From NCBI GenBank assembly GCA_031364845.1, contig JANLWX010000075.1, forward strand, positions 7,687-71,686: a stretch of DNA of 64,000 nt, in the 5' to 3' direction. Position 1 is the stretch's first letter; each line of letters opens with the position of its first letter. Source of the DNA: Candidatus Eiseniibacteriota bacterium (GTDB taxonomy: Bacteria; Eisenbacteria; RBG-16-71-46). Under the pieces are notes generated by a model, which searched no databases, was not told the DNA's origin, and worked only from the letters and a program-made list of their open reading frames with translations. Below are positions 20,113-29,338 of the stretch, piece by piece. A program made the position numbers and the translations under genes.

Positions 20113-20766
20113 ATGAAAGACCTACTCAAGAAGACCCTCCCGAGGCCCGTGTTCGATTTCCTCAAAGGGATCTTCTATCGACTCCAGGTGATCCGCATCC
20201 GCACGATGGGCCGTCCCCGGTTCTATGGAGAGACGACCAAAGCGCACGCGCGCCGGCAGTCGGAGGGGTTCTTCGACAAGTACTGCCAGGGGCGCGGGCT
20301 CGACATCGGCTTCGGCGGCGACCCGATCACAGCCACCAGCGAAGGATGGGATTTCGAGGACGGTGACGCGCAGTATCTGAAGGGTCTCGAGAACGAGGCG
20401 TACGACTATGTCTACGCCTCCCATACGATCGAGCACATGGTCGACGCCGATGTCGCTCTGAAGAACTGGTGGCGGGTGACGAAGCCGGGCGGCTATCTGC
20501 TGCTGTATCTGCCGCATCGCGAGTTGTACGAGAAGAAGAAAACACTCCCGTCGCGATTCAACTCGGATCACAAGCACTTCTTCCTGCCCGACCGCGACGA
20601 AGCGCCGGACACGATCGGCGTCGTGCCGCTCATCCACCGCGCGCTGCCGGATGCCGAGATCGTCTACGTGAAGGAGTGTTCGGCCGGCCGCACCATCACG
20701 GATCCGAACATCATGAGCGACGGCGAATTCTCGATCGAGGCCGTGATCCACAAGCCGAAGCGCTGA
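20113..20766 (+). CDS. Class I SAM-dependent methyltransferase
   Basis: GLDIGFG, YDYVYASHTIEH, WWRVTKPGG. Confidence 0.85.
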   Translation: MKDLLKKTLPRPVFDFLKGIFYRLQVIRIRTMGRPRFYGETTKAHARRQSEGFFDKYCQGRGLDIGFGGDPITATSEGWDFEDGDAQYLKGLENEAYDYVYASHTIEHMVDADVALKNWWRVTKPGGYLLLYLPHRELYEKKKTLPSRFNSDHKHFFLPDRDEAPDTIGVVPLIHRALPDAEIVYVKECSAGRTITDPNIMSDGEFSIEAVIHKPKR

Positions 20767-20800
20767 TCGCTTCGCTCTCCCCGCAGCGCGCTCCCGCCGG

Positions 20801-21895
20801 TCAGGAACGCCGCGCGGTTTCGCGGATCACCGCGAGCACCGCCTCGGCGGTCCTGCGATAGGTGAGTTCGGCCGCGCGCGCGCGCGCGATCGGGCGCAGC
20901 CGTTCGCGAATGCTCTCATCGCCGGCCACCCGCAGCGCTTCACGCGACCACGCCACCGCATCGTGTGGATCCACGTAGATCGCGGCCCCGGCGCCGACTT
21001 CGCGGAACGCCGGGATATCGGAGGCGATCACCGGAAGTCCGTGCGAGAGTCCTTCGGCGAGCGGAGAGCCGAAGCCCTCGTAGACGCTCGGGAACAACAG
21101 CATCTCCGCATTCTCATAGAGCCATGCGAGCTCGGCCGGATTCATCCAGCCGAGGTGCGTCACGCGCCGCGCGCCGCGCGCGCGCGCCATGTCGGCGAGC
21201 GAAGGGAACCGCGGCGCGATCGGCCCGGCCGCGACCAGCGGCAGCGGAGGCCGCTCACCCATTGCCGCCCACGCCTCGACCACCACGCCGATGTTCTTGT
21301 GCGGCCGGTTGTCGCCGACCAGCAGCGCGAAGCGATTGTCTTCGAGCGCCTGGGGCCGGCACGGCACGAGGTCCTTTGGCCACGGCGCCACACCGGGCAG
21401 GATCGCGTGCACCTGTTCGGGGCGCGCACCGAGCAGCGTCAGGATCTCGCGCCGGCTGAACTCGCTTACGGTCACGATCGAACGGGCACCGAGCGCCAGC
21501 CGCAGGCTCGCGAGATAGAGCAGGTTCTGGCGCATCGGCCGCAGCCTCAGCGCCGCCACGTCGTGCACCGTCAGGACCTCGGGACAGCCCGACGCGAACG
21601 GGCGCAGGCTGAACGAGCTGAAGTACACATCGGGCCGCGTGCGCCGCAGCCATGCGCCGAGCTGAAACGTGCCGATCGGCTGGATCGGGTGGAATCCGCA
21701 ATCGACCCACTCAGCCCGCGGATGCGCGCGCAGCATTTCGAAGTCGAACCGGCTCTGCCGCCAGGCGGGATTCCACAGCAGCACGTAGCGCTCGTCGCCC
21801 GGCAACTCGAGCAGTTCCCTAAGCAGAGCGAATGCGTAGGTGCCGATTCCCGCGAAGTGGTCGCTCGCGTAGCGCAGATCGTAAGCGACGATCAT
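20801..21895 (-). CDS. Glycosyltransferase, GT4 (family 1) type
   Basis: GIGTY, TVHD, TVSEFS, PHKN, FPSVYEGFGSPLAE, SDIPAFRE. Confidence 0.9.
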   Translation of the reverse strand: MIVAYDLRYASDHFAGIGTYAFALLRELLELPGDERYVLLWNPAWRQSRFDFEMLRAHPRAEWVDCGFHPIQPIGTFQLGAWLRRTRPDVYFSSFSLRPFASGCPEVLTVHDVAALRLRPMRQNLLYLASLRLALGARSIVTVSEFSRREILTLLGARPEQVHAILPGVAPWPKDLVPCRPQALEDNRFALLVGDNRPHKNIGVVVEAWAAMGERPPLPLVAAGPIAPRFPSLADMARARGARRVTHLGWMNPAELAWLYENAEMLLFPSVYEGFGSPLAEGLSHGLPVIASDIPAFREVGAGAAIYVDPHDAVAWSREALRVAGDESIRERLRPIARARAAELTYRRTAEAVLAVIRETARRS

Positions 21896-22102
21896 CGAGT
21901 CCGGCGCCCGGGTAGAAGGGCCGCGAACCGATTCCACTCCACCACCATCGGCGAGGGAGCTGCCACCCAGAGGCCCCACAGTTCCGTGCTAATATGCCGT
22001 CTCCGGGGCGACAGGTCGTTGGATCTTCATGCATCCAGAATGTGTCGAAGCGGGCCGATGATAGCATGACCCCGAGGAGAGTCCGGACATGGTGTCCCCC
22101 GA

Positions 22103-23662
22103 GTGAGCGCATCGAATCTCAGCGCCGACCGTTCGTCGGCGGGCGGCCTCGGCGCCACCATCGCGCGCAACGCGCTGTTCACGGTCATCTCGCGGCTGAC
22201 GTTCTTCTTCGCGTGGGCGCTCGTCACGCCCTACATGCTGGGCGTGCTGGGCGAGGATCGATTCGCGATCTGGACGCTGTTCTTCGCGCTGTCGGGCTAC
22301 TTCCAGATCTTCGATCTCGGCCTGTCGCAGGCGCTGGTCAAATACGTCGCGCAGTTTTCGGCGGCGGGCGACACGCGCGGGCTGCGTGGCGTCGTCACCA
22401 TGGGGACGTTCGCCTACATCGGCCTCGCGACCCCGGTCGTCATCGGGCTCGCGCTGTTCCAGCGGCCGGTTCTCGATGCGATCCACACGCCGCAGGCGCT
22501 GCGCGCCGAAGCCGGCTGGACGTTGATCGGCATCGCGATCGTGATCGGCCTCAACAACCTCAGCGGCGTGATCACCGCGGTGTTGTCCGGCCGCCAGCGC
22601 ATGGACATCACCAGCCGGGTTCTGCTGCTCGTCACGGCGATCCAGGTCGGCGGTGCGATCCTCGCCTTGCGAACCGGCGGGGGGCTCCGCGGCATGGTGG
22701 TCGCCTACGGCCTGGGCGTGCTGATCGGCGCGTTGATCTCGTTCCGGGCGATGCGCACCGTCGAGCCCGAGGCGCGGCTCGACATCTCGTCGATGAGCCG
22801 CAGTCTGTTCGGTGAGCTGTTCCGCTTCGGCAGCGCGCTCCAGATCACGAACCTCGGGACGTTCATCCAGTTCCAGCTCGACAAGTTCCTGCTCGCGCAC
22901 CTCGTGTCGCTCGCGATGGTGACGCGCTACGAACTCGCGAGCCGGCTCGCGCTCGCCGCGTGGGCGCTGCCGACGTTCCTGATCATCCCGCTCGTGCCGG
23001 CCGTGTCGCAACTCGGATCGCTGGCCGATCACGACCGCATCCTGCGCCTGTACACACGCGCCTCGCGCTACATCGCGGCCGTCGCGTTCCCGGTCGCCGG
23101 GTTCATGATCGCGACGGCGTCCGCGCTGATCGTCGCGTGGCTCGGGACCAGTTACTCCGGAGCGGCGATCGGAACCGTCGGCATCATTTCGTTCCTGCTG
23201 CTCACGATGCTCACCGGCGTGGGCACGTCGGTGTGCCGCGGTCTCGGAGCGCCATGGATGGAAGTGCAGTACCACGTGGTCGGCACCCTCATTCATGTCG
23301 GCCTGAGCTTGTGGCTCATCCCGAGGATGGGGATCAACGGCGCGCTGATTGCCCAATTCATCTCGGGCGCCGTCTCGGTGAGCTTCTTCCTGTGGCGTTT
23401 GCACCGCTGGATCCAGGTCCCGTTCGGGCCCTGGCTGCGCGGCGTGATCGTCACGCCACTCGCCGTATCGATCACCGCCGCCGTGCTGGCCATCGTGTGG
23501 CGCGGCGGATTGCTGGCTGCGCCGGCCGGCCGCGTGGCCGCGTGGTTCGACATCGTGCGCGCCATGGCGGTGTTCGCCATCGTGATCGTCGCCGGGTATT
23601 TCGCGACGCGCTTCCTCACGTGGGAAGAAGTGCGCAACCTGGGGCGCTCGACGCGGGCGTGA
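22103..23662 (+). CDS. Oligosaccharide flippase (Wzx/MOP superfamily)
   Basis: Many TM segments; FDLGLSQALVKYVA, LFRFG, QLDKFLL. Confidence 0.85.
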   Translation: MSASNLSADRSSAGGLGATIARNALFTVISRLTFFFAWALVTPYMLGVLGEDRFAIWTLFFALSGYFQIFDLGLSQALVKYVAQFSAAGDTRGLRGVVTMGTFAYIGLATPVVIGLALFQRPVLDAIHTPQALRAEAGWTLIGIAIVIGLNNLSGVITAVLSGRQRMDITSRVLLLVTAIQVGGAILALRTGGGLRGMVVAYGLGVLIGALISFRAMRTVEPEARLDISSMSRSLFGELFRFGSALQITNLGTFIQFQLDKFLLAHLVSLAMVTRYELASRLALAAWALPTFLIIPLVPAVSQLGSLADHDRILRLYTRASRYIAAVAFPVAGFMIATASALIVAWLGTSYSGAAIGTVGIISFLLLTMLTGVGTSVCRGLGAPWMEVQYHVVGTLIHVGLSLWLIPRMGINGALIAQFISGAVSVSFFLWRLHRWIQVPFGPWLRGVIVTPLAVSITAAVLAIVWRGGLLAAPAGRVAAWFDIVRAMAVFAIVIVAGYFATRFLTWEEVRNLGRSTRA

Positions 23663-23681
23663 GGTCGCTGGGTGGACCGGG

Positions 23682-23756
23682 TCAGTTATCCACCTCGCTC
23701 GCGATCGCCGGGTGTTCACCGGCCGCGATGCGCGCAACGACGCGTTCCGCGCTCAG
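23682..23756 (-). pseudogene. Displaced copy or remnant of the dnaE2 3' end
   Basis: Reads LSAERVVARIAAGEHPAIASEVDN* versus dnaE2 LSVERVVPRVAAGEHPAFASEVD; 58/69 nt identical to 31979-32047 by manual alignment. Confidence 0.8.
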
Positions 23757-23796
23757 TCGGCGGCCGGCCGAGTGCTCCAACTGCTTGCTGGCGGTC

Positions 23797-24489
23797 TCAG
23801 AGACGTGCGGCGTAGGACACGATCCAATTGCGGATCATTTCGAAGTCGAGGTAGCTCAGGCCACCCTGAATGAACATGGAGTTCCGCGGCTTGCAGCGCC
23901 GGATCAAGAGGCAGTTGGGGTCGCCGGGAATGAGGTTCGCGGGAGCGGAGCTACCGTTGTCGAGCAGGCCTGCGTACGTGTCGGTGCGGTAGTTGCCGCC
24001 CGCGTTGGCCGCGTCGTGACAACGGGTGCAATGCGTATCCAGGAGATCCCTCAGGTTCGGCTGGTAGTCGAGTCCGGTGCGAAACGCGACCGACCGATTG
24101 CCCGTCGAGAGACCCGAGAGCGATTGCACATCGTGACTCTCCACCACCACGTCGAGGTGATCTTTGGTGTCGTCCCCGAACCATTCCGGTATGACCAACT
24201 GGACGACTCTGCCGTATAGAGTGTCCACCACCGTAGCCGAAGCAATCATGGCGCGGGTCGTCGGGGCCGCGGCGGAGTATACCGCGTAATGCGCAGGGTC
24301 TTCGGCGCTCGCTCGCCCGACGGGTTCGGCGAATTCGATGTCGATCGCATAGAGCGCCGCGGAAGCGGCGCGCAAGGGCGGGTTGGGAGCGACAATCCGC
24401 GCAGCGTGACATCCGGCGAGCGAGATCGCCGTCGCGAATATCGCCATGATCCACCGCGGCACGATGTGGCGCCGGGCCGGGGTGTGCAC
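23797..24489 (-). CDS. Lipoprotein with Ig-like domain and mono-heme cytochrome c domain
   Basis: Lipobox LAGC; CTRCH heme motif; IPGDP..S/C.L..M pattern resembling planctomycete cytochrome c domains; start uncertain. Confidence 0.7.
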   Translation of the reverse strand: MHTPARRHIVPRWIMAIFATAISLAGCHAARIVAPNPPLRAASAALYAIDIEFAEPVGRASAEDPAHYAVYSAAAPTTRAMIASATVVDTLYGRVVQLVIPEWFGDDTKDHLDVVVESHDVQSLSGLSTGNRSVAFRTGLDYQPNLRDLLDTHCTRCHDAANAGGNYRTDTYAGLLDNGSSAPANLIPGDPNCLLIRRCKPRNSMFIQGGLSYLDFEMIRNWIVSYAARL

Positions 24490-24532
24490 GCCGTGGCGAT
24501 ACCCGGTTCGTTGGTGGGCGCACAGCGAGAGT

Positions 24533-25699
24533 CTAGTTCGCATCGGCATCTTCGCTCGCACCGGTCATCCGACGGATCAGGGAGCATTCGAGGCTCACTC
24601 CAACCTGGCCTTGCCGAAAACTGCCCGCGTCCGTCGTCGTGATCGTGGTCGCGGCGAGTCGCGCGGTGTTGTTCGTGAAGCGGCAATACCCGCGAACGGC
24701 GAACCGCGGCCGGGCCCACCGCACACCGGCTTCGACGATGTGACGCGTGTCGTCGCGGTCGAAGTGAAAGCGGTCGGCGGGGCGATCGGAATCGTAGCGG
24801 CGCGTCTCCAGTTCATATGCGGCATCGGCCGTGACCCGCCACGGTTTGCGCCGCAGGAGTTCACAACGCCCACGGGTGCCGATCGACATGCCGTGATAAC
24901 TCACATCGGCGTCGTCGGGGGCGAAGCCGGGCGCTTCGTCGCCGTCTTCGGCCCGAGCGGTGCTCGCGCGGTATGCGCCGTGCGCACCGAGGCTCGCACG
25001 ACGCGGCATGCGATCCCAGCGAACCGCAATGTCGCCTTGATGGAGCTTGGAGTCGCGCTCGTTGAAATCGCCCGCGTAATTCCTGCGCTCGAATTGATAC
25101 TCGGTGGCGATCAACAGCCCTCGCGCGAATCGCTGCTCCCATCCGAGGGAACCGACGTCGAGCGAAAATTCGGCGCGACGATATCTGCTCAGCCCCGGAT
25201 AGCCGGGGGTCACATCTTCGTCGAGCAACTGGCGCAAGTAGTAGCGCGGAATCGTAAGCCAGCTCGCGGTCAGCTGCCGATCGCCACGAAACGATTCGCG
25301 CCAGCTGATTCCGCCGGAGTGCATGTCGGCCGTGCCGTTGCGCTGATGAAAATCCCCGTCGACATGGACGCGCAACGTATGGCGCCGGGCACGCGCCGCG
25401 CGTCGCTCATAAGCGAACCCCAGCGAGGGACCCCACACCAGATCGTCACGCGTTTCAATCGAGTAGCGATCGGGGTGGGCGCCTGCTTCGAAATCACGCA
25501 ACTGCGGATCCGAATACTGAAGGAAATTGCTGTCGTAGAGCGCTCCGAGACTCAGCGTCAGAGTCAGCGATGACTTTGCAGGCGCCGCGGTCCCGGGGCG
25601 TGCGAGCCCCGCGATTCCGAGCAGCGTTGTGATGAGCACCAGCGCGGGGGCGAAGTCGAGCGCGTGAGTCCGGGTCACGAAGCTCGAAGGAACGATCAC
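24533..25699 (-). CDS. Putative outer-membrane beta-barrel protein
   Basis: Signal peptide; YDSN motif; alternating aromatic/polar strands (YQFERRNY, YELETRRY). Confidence 0.65.
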   Translation of the reverse strand: MIVPSSFVTRTHALDFAPALVLITTLLGIAGLARPGTAAPAKSSLTLTLSLGALYDSNFLQYSDPQLRDFEAGAHPDRYSIETRDDLVWGPSLGFAYERRAARARRHTLRVHVDGDFHQRNGTADMHSGGISWRESFRGDRQLTASWLTIPRYYLRQLLDEDVTPGYPGLSRYRRAEFSLDVGSLGWEQRFARGLLIATEYQFERRNYAGDFNERDSKLHQGDIAVRWDRMPRRASLGAHGAYRASTARAEDGDEAPGFAPDDADVSYHGMSIGTRGRCELLRRKPWRVTADAAYELETRRYDSDRPADRFHFDRDDTRHIVEAGVRWARPRFAVRGYCRFTNNTARLAATTITTTDAGSFRQGQVGVSLECSLIRRMTGASEDADAN

Positions 25700-26601
25700 T
25701 CTTCACCACCCACGACCGGCTGCGGGATGCGAGCATGGATCTCGGCAGAACCACCTGCCGGCGCCGCCAGATCAACGGTGATGTCGTGCGTCCCATTCGG
25801 GATTACGACCCGAAAACGGTCGAACTTCGATGGGATGCGATCTTTGAGGTTCGAGTAACTCGCGGTCGAGGCCTTCGAGGTCTTGAACTCGACCTGCTTC
25901 AACAGTTGCGAGCCTTCAGCCAGACGCAGACGGTAGGAGTGGGTGCCGCGCATGGTCGCATCGAAGTCGAGGCGGCTGATGATGTCCAAAGTCGTCGGTC
26001 CCACCACGCGGAATCGCACCGGCTTGCCGGGCCACACGCTGTAGTAGGGAATCGACTTCTCGCCCTCGACCACGAGCACGCTGCGCAGGGCGTCGATGGG
26101 TGTCAGTGAAACCGTCGGTTCATCGCCGCGCGGAGGTGCTCCGCGCTGGAGTCGCAGGTAGATCGCGGCTCCGGTCGTGGCCAGGGTCAGTCGGTGCGCG
26201 CCCGCCGAAACGTCCACCGTCATCCGGCGGCTCTTTCCGATTGCGGCTCGACTTTCGGACAGCGTGACCCGGTCCGAGGCCGATGACTCGGTGGCATTGT
26301 GCTCGATCTCGCGACCGTTCTCGCTCACCGTCAAGACATACGAGGCGACGGCTCCCGGGTGGTCGATCTCGGCGCGCGAAACAATACGCAACCGCACCGG
26401 GCCATCGATGGGAACGACGAGCGGCTTGCCAGGAGCGACTCGAAAGTAAATGCGCTCCTTGCCGTCGACCAACACCGAGGTGGGCGCCTGCCCAGGAATG
26501 GATTCGATGGCGTCCCACTTTCCCGCGTGCGCCGGGGTGACGGCCATGAGAACGGCGATCGCGATGGCACCCATCCAACCAGACCTGTGTCTCGAGTTCA
26601 T
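25696..26601 (-). CDS. Secreted protein with two tandem beta-rich domains
   Basis: Signal peptide (AHA); internal repeat YFRVAPGKPLVVPIDGPVRLRIVSR / YYSVWPGKPVRFRVVGPTTLDIISR. Confidence 0.75.
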   Translation of the reverse strand: MNSRHRSGWMGAIAIAVLMAVTPAHAGKWDAIESIPGQAPTSVLVDGKERIYFRVAPGKPLVVPIDGPVRLRIVSRAEIDHPGAVASYVLTVSENGREIEHNATESSASDRVTLSESRAAIGKSRRMTVDVSAGAHRLTLATTGAAIYLRLQRGAPPRGDEPTVSLTPIDALRSVLVVEGEKSIPYYSVWPGKPVRFRVVGPTTLDIISRLDFDATMRGTHSYRLRLAEGSQLLKQVEFKTSKASTASYSNLKDRIPSKFDRFRVVIPNGTHDITVDLAAPAGGSAEIHARIPQPVVGGEE

Positions 26602-27717
26602 TCAGGAAATCCTTTCGGGGTGGGGTCGGCCCAGCAGTTTGTGTTGAAGGTCGACGCGGAGCACGAAGAAATTGACGGCGAGCACGAGCCCCGCAGCCAG
26701 CCCGACGATCCAAAGATTGTAGCGGTAGCGAATGAACAGCAACCCGCGACCGGGCTGGGGCGTCTCGCCCTTGGCATCGAGGATGTCGAAGGCGCGCGCG
26801 AGCTTCTCGACCTGAAGGAGGTGGACGATCGGCAGGCCGCGGTCGGAGAGGATATTGATCACGCCTCGGTTGGGATAGCTGCGCGCCGCGAGATGCCGGG
26901 TCATGCCCGCCGGGATCAAGCGGGCGTTTTGAGCGCCACCCAGACTCACGACACCGCCGCCGACGTTGACATAGGCCCGCAGCGGCACTCCCCATGCATT
27001 TGCCACCGAATCGTACAGCGCGACGCGCGAGCGCACGGCTTCGAGCACGGTCGGTTCACCCAGCAACCGAACATGGTTGCGTTCGATCGCGTCGGCCAAC
27101 AACTGCCGCCCGGCGGGAGAGAGCCCACGCCCGACGTCGCCGCCGCCTCCGAGTGAGGCTCCGACTGAACGGAAGTCCCACAGCCCGGCGTCCACCACGG
27201 CCGCTTCCATGTCGAGCCAGGTCAGTTCAGGATCAGTCGCGCCGAACATCGAAGCGCCCAGCGATGTCACGAGAATCGGTCGCGCACCGATTGCCCGGCA
27301 TGCCGAGAGCACGGCGAGGTTCATCCCGGGCAGCGAGCCGGTCATCCCGACCGCCACCGCATCTCCAGGTCGCACGCGCGCCTGCAGCAGCATCTGGGTT
27401 ACTGCCGCGGCGAAATTGGGGTGTGCGGCAAACTGCTTTGCCGACTGCGCGCCGCGATCGGTGGTGATGAGCGTGAACTGAGGGCCAATCACGCCGGAGC
27501 CGGTGGGATCGTTGCGCGGATCGATCTCGATGCCGATCCGCTGCTTGGCCGCACGTATGGCGCTTTCGGCACGCTGCATCAGGCGCACGGCGTCGAGTTT
27601 CTTGCGATAGGCTTCGGCGTGGACCGGAGACTGAGAGTGCTCGGCGATCGCATAGAGCACGACCGCCACGCAGGCGAGGCCAACCAGGGCGGGGGTGGAT
27701 GCGCGTGCGAGGCTCAT
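26602..27717 (-). CDS. pgsW: Poly-gamma-glutamate system protein
   Basis: N- and C-terminal TM; DP..SGVIG, PNFAA, GMTGSLPG, SLGASMFGA, SLGGGGD, YVNVGG; follows pgsBC. Confidence 0.8.
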   Translation of the reverse strand: MSLARASTPALVGLACVAVVLYAIAEHSQSPVHAEAYRKKLDAVRLMQRAESAIRAAKQRIGIEIDPRNDPTGSGVIGPQFTLITTDRGAQSAKQFAAHPNFAAAVTQMLLQARVRPGDAVAVGMTGSLPGMNLAVLSACRAIGARPILVTSLGASMFGATDPELTWLDMEAAVVDAGLWDFRSVGASLGGGGDVGRGLSPAGRQLLADAIERNHVRLLGEPTVLEAVRSRVALYDSVANAWGVPLRAYVNVGGGVVSLGGAQNARLIPAGMTRHLAARSYPNRGVINILSDRGLPIVHLLQVEKLARAFDILDAKGETPQPGRGLLFIRYRYNLWIVGLAAGLVLAVNFFVLRVDLQHKLLGRPHPERIS

Positions 27718-28163
27718 CGGATGATCGCCCCGCCGTTGAGGAGCATGAGGAGCAGGCGCACGAGCACGGCCGTCGTCGTCATGACGCACAACGTCTGTAC
27801 GATGCCCTGTCGTTCCATCCAATTGGCGATCAGCCCCGGAATCACATATCCAATCGTACGAAGATCGATCGGAACGCCCGCCTGAGGCAGGAACAGCAGA
27901 TCACGCGAGATGGCACCGAACGAGAATCCCAGCAGCACCGCGATCACGATGCGCCGCCGGCCGTAAACGAGCGCGTAGCGCGACAGCAATTTCAGTGCGC
28001 CCAGGGTGAGCAGTGCCACCGCCACCGTGCCCACGATACGGAGCGGTTCGTGAATCATGAGCGCGAGATAGCCCGGCACGACCATGCCTCCGGCGGCCAG
28101 GCCAAGCGTTTCGGAGAAGATGAGACTGATGACCAGCCCGAGGCCGATCGCCGTTTCAATCAT
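27714..28163 (-). CDS. pgsC: Poly-gamma-glutamate biosynthesis protein PgsC/CapC
   Basis: AGGMVVPGYLAL, YGRRR, IGYVIPGLIAN..RQG. Confidence 0.95.
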   Translation of the reverse strand: MIETAIGLGLVISLIFSETLGLAAGGMVVPGYLALMIHEPLRIVGTVAVALLTLGALKLLSRYALVYGRRRIVIAVLLGFSFGAISRDLLFLPQAGVPIDLRTIGYVIPGLIANWMERQGIVQTLCVMTTTAVLVRLLLMLLNGGAIIR

Positions 28164-29334
28164 GGTGCACCGCCCGATTGCTGAAATGGAGCACGATCGC
28201 TTCCCCCAATCCCACGATGTTTCCGATGCCGACCACCACGCCCCGCTCGGTGATCAGGTCGAGCACGCGCTCGTAGACTTCTTCGGCGCCGAGTCCGCCG
28301 AAGTCGGAGATCTTCGAACGGTCCAGCCCGCGCTGCACGGCTCGGAACGCGACCAACTCGGTGCCGAGACCGGTGAGCACGACATGGTCGGCGTCGAGTT
28401 CGCTGGCGACGAGATCGGCGATTTGTCCGGATCGCTGCAGCCGGTCGTCGCGACAATTGGCAAGAACGATACGGCGCGTGCCTGCGATCGGAGTCGCAAG
28501 ACCCAGTCGCCGCCAAATCAGCAGAGTCGACTCGGGATCGTTTGCCGCGAACGCGTTGACGAACGTGACGTGCTTCTCGCCGGTGACGACCCGATAGCGG
28601 CGCAGTGCTCCCGGATCTGCGGGCGCTTCGTGCATGCCACGCAACGCGGTAGAGCGCTCGACTCCGACGTGCTCACACACCGCCAGCGCGAGCGCGACGT
28701 TCTCCGAATGCTCGACGTAGGAGAAACCGGCGAGATCGTTCGCCGACACGCCACGGTCCTCGATCACACGCATCTCGGACCCACGTGACCGCGCCACCGC
28801 TTCGAGCAGGGGAGCGCGATCGTGCTCGGCGGTGAACAGGATGCCGTTGCGGGGAGCCGTCTGAGCCAGTGTACGCGCGACGTCGTCCACGGTCGGTCCC
28901 ATGACATCGAGGTGGTCGGCACGGACGTTGGTGATGACGCCGACGTGGCTCTGAATCAGCCGCAACTCCGCGAGCGGCTGGAGCTCTGGCGTCACCGCCA
29001 TGCATTCGATGACAACGGCTTCAGCCCGGGCTTCGACCGCCCGCGCGATGATCCGAGTCTGCTCGATGATGTTCGGTCGGCCGACGCGGAAGACGTCGAC
29101 TTCGCGACCATCAGGATAAATCATTCGAGCCATCGTCCCCGTGGTCTTGGCGAAAGTGCGGCGACCGCTGGCGCGCAGGCCACCGGCGATGAGACGTGTC
29201 ACCGAGGACTTGCCGCGTGTCCCGTTGACATGAATCCGCAACGGAATGCGCGCCAGTTGGCGCTGGTGGGCCCGACTTTCCCAGATACCGTAGCCCGCGA
29301 GCCCCGAGATCAGGATCGTTGATACGATTCCGAT
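28156..29334 (-). CDS. pgsB: Poly-gamma-glutamate synthase PgsB/CapB
   Basis: RIHVNGTRGKSSVTRLI, AKTTG, NIIEQ, ECMAV, TNVRADHLDVMG, NAFAANDPEST; probable ATC start 7 nt after GGAGG. Confidence 0.95.
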   Translation of the reverse strand: MGIVSTILISGLAGYGIWESRAHQRQLARIPLRIHVNGTRGKSSVTRLIAGGLRASGRRTFAKTTGTMARMIYPDGREVDVFRVGRPNIIEQTRIIARAVEARAEAVVIECMAVTPELQPLAELRLIQSHVGVITNVRADHLDVMGPTVDDVARTLAQTAPRNGILFTAEHDRAPLLEAVARSRGSEMRVIEDRGVSANDLAGFSYVEHSENVALALAVCEHVGVERSTALRGMHEAPADPGALRRYRVVTGEKHVTFVNAFAANDPESTLLIWRRLGLATPIAGTRRIVLANCRDDRLQRSGQIADLVASELDADHVVLTGLGTELVAFRAVQRGLDRSKISDFGGLGAEEVYERVLDLITERGVVVGIGNIVGLGEAIVLHFSNRAVHHD

Positions 29335-29338
29335 GGCG

